Shown here in pieces: positions 8,508 to 15,195 of a stretch of 32,000 nt of DNA. Positions within the stretch are counted from its first letter, which is position 1. Each line of letters opens with the position of its first letter. The notes under the pieces are model-generated. The model did not search any database and was not told the origin of the DNA. It worked only from the letters and a program-made list of their open reading frames with translations. The position numbers were made by a program, and so were the translations under genes. This DNA comes from Candidatus Methanoperedens sp. (GTDB lineage: Archaea; Halobacteriota; Methanosarcinia; Methanosarcinales; Methanoperedenaceae), in contig JAPZAR010000027.1 of NCBI GenBank assembly GCA_027460535.1, positions 150,001-182,000 of the forward strand, in the 5' to 3' direction.

Positions 8508-9046
8508 AAAGATTACAGCGTGATGCTGTTATATTATCGTTAATAGAAAATCTCAGGGCAAAAGGAAGCTGGTGCGGAGAAACCCACATTCAAAAGGCAA
8601 CATATTTCATTCAGGAACTGCTTAGGGTTCCTCTAGAATTTGATTTTGTTCTGTATAAACACGGTCCGTATTCATTTGATCTGAGCGATGAGCTAACAGC
8701 CATGCGGGCAGATGCGATCCTCAAGTTACAACCCCAACCACCACCTTATGGCCCCAGCTTTATTCATAGCATTGGTAGCAAATTAATAAAAAAGCGTTAT
8801 CCAAAAACTTTGAAAAAGTACAATCCAATGGTGAAATTCGTTGCAAATAAACTTGGAGATAAAGGTGTTACAGAGCTTGAACGTTTAGCTACAGCGCTTT
8901 ATGTGACTCGTGAAATAAATACGGACAATAGTATTGAATCCAGGGCACAATGTATCCATAAGCTCAAACCTCATGTTTCTCTGGATGAAGCACGTGATGC
9001 TGTCAGGGTAGTTGATACGTTCATTGAAGAATCGAGTGACGTATAA
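8504..9046 (+). CDS. Panacea/DUF4065 (SocA/GepA)-like small protein, translationally coupled to the HD gene
   Basis: Its start overlaps the HD gene stop (ATGA, 4-bp overlap). The segment THIQKATYFIQELLRVPLEFDFVLYKHGPYSFDLSDEL resembles the DUF4065 core pattern (KLQKLLYfaQ ... F.aWkyGPv...). The assignment is from memory of the family consensus, not from an HMM run. Confidence 0.45.
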   Translation: MKRLQRDAVILSLIENLRAKGSWCGETHIQKATYFIQELLRVPLEFDFVLYKHGPYSFDLSDELTAMRADAILKLQPQPPPYGPSFIHSIGSKLIKKRYPKTLKKYNPMVKFVANKLGDKGVTELERLATALYVTREINTDNSIESRAQCIHKLKPHVSLDEARDAVRVVDTFIEESSDV

Positions 9047-9083
9047 ATGGAATAATTGCCGGAAAATATATGTATGAAATATT

Positions 9084-9179
9084 TCACAACTCCCCCTTAA
9101 ACGCCCTGTCCAGCACAGCCGGCAGCAGCGCATCCAGTTCGGCGCCGGTTTCTTCCTGGAGGCGCCTGAGCGCGTCCAT
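9084..9179 (-). pseudogene. Orphan 31-codon remnant resembling the conserved C-terminal helix of type I R-M specificity (HsdS) subunits; also the left end of a repeat copy
   Basis: The minus strand reads MDALRRLQEETGAELDALLPAVLDRAFKGEL*. A second copy of the tail (..LPAVLDRAFKREL*) ends at 12821. The shared DNA is ctccc..aacgc.ct.tccagcacagccggcagc. The HsdS resemblance (..LLPsILdkAFkGEL C-termini) is from memory. Confidence 0.3.
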
Positions 9180-9233
9180 CTTGTTTGCAGTGCATCGAAG
9201 TATTCGATGATAATAGGAACCACTTATCTATAA

Positions 9234-10157
9234 TTAAAGATGGTTTCCTATATGAGCAACCAAGATTTTGCCCTTATCTATGTTAGGCTTTCCCTCATGA
9301 AAATAAATTCTATTATAATAAAAATGCGTGTCACCTGTTGAGTCGCTTTTACTAAGTTTGAGGTGTGGTTCACAACAAACCTGAACTGGGTTTGAATTAT
9401 CATCAGTAAATACAAAAGTCAACGCTGGCTTCTTGTCTGCATTACCCTCAAGTGAGGCATCAACATTGCACTCAGAGGAAAATCGTCTTAGAGTTTCAAC
9501 AAGATCGTATTTATTGCGATATGATTTGAATTTATCATTAAGTTGAGCTAGATTATAAATTATCGAACCAGCGAACCTTTCCAAACCCCCTTCTAATCTC
9601 CCAAGTGAGATTTCTACATGAGGATGAAAGTTTATCTGTGTAAAATATTTTCTTGCTTCATTATAGAAGTTCAGTTCATCTATAGGATTTTTTGCCAAAA
9701 AATACCTATGAAATTTATACCATTGTTCTTTTGTTTTAATGATAACCGTGGAATCGATTTCATGTTCATCAAGATTAATTGAATGCAAGATAAGTAAACC
9801 ATTTAAATTACTTCCGCTATTTGATTTTACGAGATCAACTACTTCTTGTTCATTCAAGTTACGCGTATTTGCACGATCAAGAAGAATCATAAAAGTCTTT
9901 TTTATATCGTGGGGAATGTTAATGGATATTTCAGGAGTAAATAAAAAATTAGAAATTGTATAATTTTGGTAAATCTCAAGATAATATATACTATCATTTT
10001 TGTATATACAATCTTCATTTATCTTGAATTTGGAATTATGTTCTTTTATGTATTTTATTGTGTTATTAAGTTCTTTAATTTGAGTAATCAAATTATCTAG
10101 AGTGATACCGTCTTTATAAGTAAAAGATGAGTTGAATAAAAATAAATCAGCCCTCAT
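9234..10157 (-). CDS. Hypothetical protein, third gene of the DUF262-ATPase operon
   Basis: 307 aa and very AT-rich. Its start overlaps the ATPase stop (ATGA). No family recognised. The C-terminal motif CEPHLKL...RIYFHEG...GKILVAHIGNHL looks like a conserved functional core. Confidence 0.6.
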   Translation of the reverse strand: MRADLFLFNSSFTYKDGITLDNLITQIKELNNTIKYIKEHNSKFKINEDCIYKNDSIYYLEIYQNYTISNFLFTPEISINIPHDIKKTFMILLDRANTRNLNEQEVVDLVKSNSGSNLNGLLILHSINLDEHEIDSTVIIKTKEQWYKFHRYFLAKNPIDELNFYNEARKYFTQINFHPHVEISLGRLEGGLERFAGSIIYNLAQLNDKFKSYRNKYDLVETLRRFSSECNVDASLEGNADKKPALTFVFTDDNSNPVQVCCEPHLKLSKSDSTGDTHFYYNRIYFHEGKPNIDKGKILVAHIGNHL

Positions 10158-11293
10158 TTCCTTCTACCTTCAAATATATCTGCCAAATCTTTTTCTTCTT
10201 GATCAAAGAATCCATAAGGCCAATTCGACAATTCAGCATTCTCATCCAAAGTAATATGTTGAATATTTGGGTTTTTGGATTTTTTATCAAGGCTAAAAAA
10301 GTTTATGGAAACTAAATCATTTGAAATTAATTTTTTTAAGGTAGCTATTCGTATTCCATTAATCACATGTTCGCTATGTGTTTCTACTATTACCTGAACA
10401 CCCGATGAAGCTATCTGCGCTAAAAACTGACCGATCCTGGATTGACCGCTTGGATGCAGGTGTGCCTCCGGATTTTCTACAATTAAAAGGCACCCCTCCT
10501 CAGCGATTAATCCGCTTACTATAATTGGGAGAACATATGAAATGCCAAAGCCTACATTGTTGGGATTTAAAGGTTTAGTATCTGAATAAGTTCTTCGTAA
10601 ATAATAACCCACCATGTTAATTTGTTGATATAGAGTAGTATTGATTTCGATACCCGGAATAATGTAATTTAGCCAATATTCAACCTGTTTATTTAGGTTA
10701 GGGACTGTTAATTCAACGTCATCAAATCTTCTTTTCTCATTAATTTTATATTCATTATTTTTTTCTATGGTATACCCTGTATACTCTCCTTGAAATCCAG
10801 TATTTGAAAATTTTTGATTGACGATATCTTGTCTGACTCTTGGTCCCAAGCGCTCTGCATTAAGATAATGAAACTCATTCTGATAAATTGATACTGCTTC
10901 ATTTCGATCGACAACTATTCCAACCCTTTGAAATTTTAACACTAATTCTGGACTTTTTTTTGACATTGAATATTTAAATGAGGCTCTTGATGGAGTTTTA
11001 TCATTTATGATAAAAGTTATATCTTCTGAGGTTGCATTTGAAGAAAGTACTTGTGAGGTATCTCCTAAATTCAGAAAATATTCATGATTCAATTGAATGT
11101 CAATTTCAGGGTAATCCTTTAGGTATTTATATTCTGACATTAATTTATCAATCGTTTGCCTAACAATTAGAAGTGCTTGTATCAATGACGATTTTCCCAC
11201 AGCATTTGATCCAGCTAGTATAGTTAGCCTATTTAGATTGATTGATGAGTCTAAGAAGCACTTAAAATTGTTTATAGTTATATTTTTAATCAT
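10154..11293 (-). CDS. ABC/OLD-like P-loop ATPase (AAA_15/AAA_21-like, possible DUF3696-type C-terminus)
   Basis: N-terminus MIKNITINNFKCF. Walker A is GSNAVGKSS. Walker B/D-loop is LLIVENPEAHLHPSGQ. The H-loop is VIVETHSEHV. The C-terminal WPYGFFDQ tail is also present. It overlaps the upstream DUF262 gene by 8 bp. Confidence 0.8.
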   Translation of the reverse strand: MIKNITINNFKCFLDSSINLNRLTILAGSNAVGKSSLIQALLIVRQTIDKLMSEYKYLKDYPEIDIQLNHEYFLNLGDTSQVLSSNATSEDITFIINDKTPSRASFKYSMSKKSPELVLKFQRVGIVVDRNEAVSIYQNEFHYLNAERLGPRVRQDIVNQKFSNTGFQGEYTGYTIEKNNEYKINEKRRFDDVELTVPNLNKQVEYWLNYIIPGIEINTTLYQQINMVGYYLRRTYSDTKPLNPNNVGFGISYVLPIIVSGLIAEEGCLLIVENPEAHLHPSGQSRIGQFLAQIASSGVQVIVETHSEHVINGIRIATLKKLISNDLVSINFFSLDKKSKNPNIQHITLDENAELSNWPYGFFDQEEKDLADIFEGRRK

Positions 11294-12704
11294 AACTAAC
11301 CTTCAAATTATCATCGATAATTTTTTTTACAATACTAAAGGTCAAATCAATTTTTTTCCGATCGTTTGTACCGACAGTAATAGCATCATTGAAACTTTGA
11401 TTAGAGTCCAATTGTATAGCAAATGGTTGTATAAGGCATCCTTGATTATTCTTTTTTGTAATTTCATTAAAATCATAATTATATAATAATATCGATAGAG
11501 TTGTAAATAATGACTTATTGATTAATTGTTTTCGCGCTTCAGGTTTAAGATGTTCGGATTTACATTTTCTAAAAGAGTAGTCTCCAAAAAGGTAGTAAGT
11601 AATATTCATTGCATTTAAGAACGCACTTTTTATTCCGTTTAATGTTAATTCACTTTCTCCTTTATTCAACAATTCTAGAGTATCATCGAGAAATTGGTCC
11701 ATATCTCCTTTATATTTTAGATTTTCATTTCCTAGTTCCTTAAGATAATAAAATCCAATGAATCTCATTACTAGTTCTTGATCTGCCATCCTAATCTTAC
11801 TAATACTTTCACCAGTAGTTTTCAAAAATTCCTTAGAATTGGAGAGATCTTTCAACATATTTCTCACGCGATAATTAGCCAAACAGTTACGAACTTCTTG
11901 ATTGTTCAGCGGTTTACCACCTGTATTGATACGTTTGAAGATTTCAAATTTGACTTTTGGAGGTGTCTGAGGGTCAATTATATTGAAAATTAATTGTGTT
12001 TGTTTTATTCTTCTAAGATATTTTGGATCCAAGCTTTTTGCCCCTTCTTTCTCAAAAAAACACCCGCTACAATCTTCTAAATATTCCAAATTTTTTAATT
12101 TAAATTCATTATTTAAATAATCTTTAATTACTGTAAGTCTTTGTACGCCATCAACCACCTGCAACATTCCTTTTTGATCCTGTGATAAATAAAATACAGG
12201 GAGCGGAATTCTTAATAAAATTGATTCAATTAACCTAGATTTTCTAGTAATATCAGTCCAAACAAAGTTCCTTTGAAAATCAGGAGATAAATCTAAATCT
12301 TTTTGTCTGCCTGTCATCATTTCAAAAACATAACTTATAGACATTGATTTAGTTTCAACCCTGATCAATTCTGGATCATAAGGCTGCGGTTCTTGATCGA
12401 CATCTGCCTCTTCTAACGTATCTTCAATCCCTGCAATTTCACTCTCTAATTTATTTTCTGCAATTGCAATTAAATTTCGCCGAAATTCTTCCTTTAATTC
12501 GTTATGAGAACTCGCTATTTTGTCTCCTTTTTTGATTGAATTAATTTGATTGTTTTTGTCAAGCTTGATGGATATTCTGTATTCATCATCGCTAAATCCT
12601 TCAACAAAGCCAGTCCATAATGTTTCATCAATGCTGCTCTTTTCTAATATCGCTTCTAATTTATTTTCTGAATCCGTTAGTTGAATATTTAGTTTCATGA
12701 TCAA
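11286..12704 (-). CDS. DUF262 (ParB-like nuclease/NTPase superfamily, GmrSD N-domain type) protein with ~130-aa N-terminal extension
   Basis: DLSPDFQRNFVWTDITRKSRLIESILLRIPLPVFYL....VVDGVQRLTVI matches the DUF262 pattern, including the DGQQR-type motif. No DUF1524/His-Me finger is visible. The start may be the ATG at 12698 rather than the TTG at 12704. Confidence 0.8.
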   Translation of the reverse strand: MIMKLNIQLTDSENKLEAILEKSSIDETLWTGFVEGFSDDEYRISIKLDKNNQINSIKKGDKIASSHNELKEEFRRNLIAIAENKLESEIAGIEDTLEEADVDQEPQPYDPELIRVETKSMSISYVFEMMTGRQKDLDLSPDFQRNFVWTDITRKSRLIESILLRIPLPVFYLSQDQKGMLQVVDGVQRLTVIKDYLNNEFKLKNLEYLEDCSGCFFEKEGAKSLDPKYLRRIKQTQLIFNIIDPQTPPKVKFEIFKRINTGGKPLNNQEVRNCLANYRVRNMLKDLSNSKEFLKTTGESISKIRMADQELVMRFIGFYYLKELGNENLKYKGDMDQFLDDTLELLNKGESELTLNGIKSAFLNAMNITYYLFGDYSFRKCKSEHLKPEARKQLINKSLFTTLSILLYNYDFNEITKKNNQGCLIQPFAIQLDSNQSFNDAITVGTNDRKKIDLTFSIVKKIIDDNLKVSYD

Positions 12705-12820
12705 TATGGGCCTTGAATTATATCAATAGTACAATAATTCATGTTTTTGAAATTATACTACATTTCAAAGTTATTAAACCTTCTTATTATATACTGCTTT
12801 TCCTTATTTCATTCATTTAA

Positions 12821-13420
12821 TTATAACTCCCTCTTGAACGCTCTATCCAGCACAGCCGGCAGCGAGCCCGTTCTACACCGGTACAGACCCGGCACAACAA
12901 ATCTGCGTTCATCCGCGTCATGCCCGGCAATATCTACAGCAATATCCACGTATTGCGAAGCAATACGTGTGTGCGCCCTCCAGAGGCGCGACTCTGGGCG
13001 CCTTCATCTGCGGTTCGTTTTTTGCGGAAGCGCCGCAGATTAATAAATTAGTCAATATAAAATTAATCCATCAATCTTTGCGATCTTTGCGTTCTTTGCG
13101 GTGATGTCCATGCTAACTTCCTGCGCCCCTCTCTCACCAAACCCCAGCCCCCTCCGCGCGCCTCCACTGGCGCAGCCGGCAGCGAGGCCGTGTTGCTCCT
13201 TTACAGACCCGGCACAACAAATCTGCGTTGTGTGACACGTATGGCGAAGCCATACGTGAATGCACCGCTCCGAAACCCTGCGGGTTCTCGACTCAGCATA
13301 CGCATATGGCAACGCCATATGCGGATACGCCCTCCCGAGGCGTGACTCGGGAGGCTCGCGACTCTGGGCGCCTTCATCTGCGGTTCGTTTTTCGCTAAAG
13401 CGCCGGACTTTAATTGTTCA
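12821..13420. repeat. Two tandem, diverged units of a GC-rich structured intergenic repeat family
   Basis: Unit 1 spans about 12821-13170 and unit 2 about 13170-13420. Shared blocks are cagccggcagcgag[c/g]ccg, tacagacccggcacaacaaatctgcgtt (12883 / 13202) and gcgactctgggcgccttcatctgcggttcgttttt (12988 / 13358). The units contain several perfect hairpins. Related copies lie at 6690-6866 and 9084-9130. Confidence 0.8.
13074..13100. repeat. 3 x 9-bp tandem repeat (atctttgcg atctttgcg ttctttgcg) inside the repeat unit
   Basis: Read directly from the sequence. A homologous triplet lies at 6835-6861. Confidence 0.8.
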
Positions 13421-13552
13421 TGATTTATAAAAGTATGCGCGCAACATAATTCCAGCTCCTCCTCAGGTGACACCTGCTTTTGAAATAACTCTTGAACATC
13501 TCTCCAATGCATTGAAGTTAATTTTATTAACTATCAGGAATATGTTTGCTTA

Positions 13553-13861
13553 ATGGAGTGTGGACATATGATTGATTCGATCTACGGAACCATTTTGGAA
13601 GTGGAAAGTGAGAACAAGGATGTTGAACGGGCGATCCCATCCGGGCTTGCCTTAAGAGTCTCAGTATCTATAATCATTTTCTTCGGCTGGCTGATCTTCG
13701 CTATTCTTTACATAACGTTTTTCTCTTCATCATTCAGCCTTACCCAAAACATAGCCATTATCCTTGTCGCATTGCTTGTGGGAGTAGCGATTCTTGGAGC
13801 GATGTGGGCCTCCTGGGGCATCAAGTTCGGTAAAGACTGGAAAGAGAAATGCTGTAAATGA
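13553..13861 (+). CDS. Hypothetical small membrane protein (2 predicted TM helices)
   Basis: Hydrophobic stretches VSVSIIIFFGWLIFAILYITFF and IAIILVALLVGVAILGAMWASW. No family recognised. The start could be the internal ATG at 13568. Confidence 0.45.
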   Translation: MECGHMIDSIYGTILEVESENKDVERAIPSGLALRVSVSIIIFFGWLIFAILYITFFSSSFSLTQNIAIILVALLVGVAILGAMWASWGIKFGKDWKEKCCK

Positions 13862-13965
13862 TCGCTTTATCGCCAACAGCGGATGCAGGGATTTTTCTTT
13901 CCCGGAAGACCTGATTTTCCAATACTTTAATTACTCTCCCCGACAATCAGGACAGGGGTAATAAT

Positions 13966-15015
13966 ATGAGTGACCTGAAAGACCTTTTGGAACGATTATC
14001 GAATGCTCACGGGGTTTCCGGATATGAGGGAAACGTGAGGCAGATCATTGAAGAAGAAGTAAGAGCTTATGTTGATGAGATCAGGACGGACAGGATGGGT
14101 AACCTGATCGCTACAAAACACGGCGGCTCTCCCGTTGTCATGCTCGCTGCGCACATGGATGAGATAGGCCTCATGATAAAATACGTGGACGAGAAAGGTT
14201 TTGCGCGCTTTACAAAGACGGGCGGATGGTTCGACCAGACGCTCCTTAACCAGAGGATGATACTGCACACAGAGAACGGCCCGGTTTACGGCGTGCTCGG
14301 CTCAAAGCCTCCTCATGCCATTAAAGAAGAAGATAAGAACAAGGTGATAAAAGCCGAGGACATGTTCATCGACTTTGGGGCAACGAGCAAAGAGGAAGCA
14401 GACAGGATTGGCGTGAAGATCGGGACTCCCGCCACCTCGGATGCTGAGTTCAAATCGCTCGGCAACGACAGGGTCACCGGCAAAGCTTTTGACAACCGTG
14501 CAGGCTGCGCGATGCTCATCGGGGCTCTTGCAGAGATGAAGGACGTTAAAGCGACTATCCATGCCGTATTTACAGTTCAGGAAGAGGTGGGATTGAAGGG
14601 GGCAAAGACAAGTGCCTTCGGATTGAATCCCGACGTTGCACTGGCCACCGATGTCACCATAACAGGCGACCATCCGGGCATAGAAAAGAAAGAGGCATCC
14701 ACCGAGATGGGAAAAGGACCTGCGGTTACTGTAAGTGATGCCGACGGCCGGGGCATCATCGTTCCCGAGCCTGTGTTGAAATGGCTTAAGGAAGCGGCAG
14801 AGTCAAACGGCATCCCCTACCAGCTTGAAGTGGGAAGCGGCGGAACCACGGACGCATCCGCGATACATCTCACCAAGGAAGGGATACCCACAGGCATAAT
14901 AAGCCCGCCATCGCGGTATATCCACACACCCGTATCAGTTATGAGCATGAGCGACCTTGAGAACGCCGTCAAACTTGTTGCCAGGGCGGTCGAGATTGTG
15001 GATAGGTTTTTCTAA
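13966..15015 (+). CDS. M42 family metallopeptidase (TET aminopeptidase / FrvX-like)
   Basis: 349 aa. Motifs LERLSNAHGVSGYE, AAHMDEIGLMI, DNRAGCA and FTVQEEVGLKGA are typical of M42 glutamyl aminopeptidase/FrvX family proteins. Confidence 0.85.
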   Translation: MSDLKDLLERLSNAHGVSGYEGNVRQIIEEEVRAYVDEIRTDRMGNLIATKHGGSPVVMLAAHMDEIGLMIKYVDEKGFARFTKTGGWFDQTLLNQRMILHTENGPVYGVLGSKPPHAIKEEDKNKVIKAEDMFIDFGATSKEEADRIGVKIGTPATSDAEFKSLGNDRVTGKAFDNRAGCAMLIGALAEMKDVKATIHAVFTVQEEVGLKGAKTSAFGLNPDVALATDVTITGDHPGIEKKEASTEMGKGPAVTVSDADGRGIIVPEPVLKWLKEAAESNGIPYQLEVGSGGTTDASAIHLTKEGIPTGIISPPSRYIHTPVSVMSMSDLENAVKLVARAVEIVDRFF

Positions 15016-15195
15016 TAAGAAGCGTATTTGAAAAGCTCACACTGAATCCGGTGATACAAATGAACAGAAGGGATCGCTTTATTTAACGATATAAGAATCC
15101 TGGATACGACCCTGAGAGATGGGGAACAGACACCAGGCGTTTCGCTCACGACCGAGAACAAGTTACTGATAGCAAGAAAAATTGACAGCATTGGA

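Noticed and set aside
8885-9223. 112-aa minus-strand ORF between the Panacea-like gene and the three-gene operon
   Set aside because: It overlaps the 3' end of 8504..9046 and runs through the repeat in a frame different from the HsdS-like remnant. It has no coherent motif. Only the 31-codon remnant frame looks like former coding sequence.
13006-13040. 8-bp stem atctgcgg...ccgcagat around the T-run as a conserved terminator hairpin
   Set aside because: The 3' arm is not conserved in the second unit (ccggactt), so the structure has no covariation support, unlike the upstream hairpins.
12821-13420. Repeat units as a CRISPR array
   Set aside because: There are only two long (~250-350 bp), diverged units rather than short (25-40 bp) identical repeats with regularly spaced unique spacers. 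No cas genes are present in the window.
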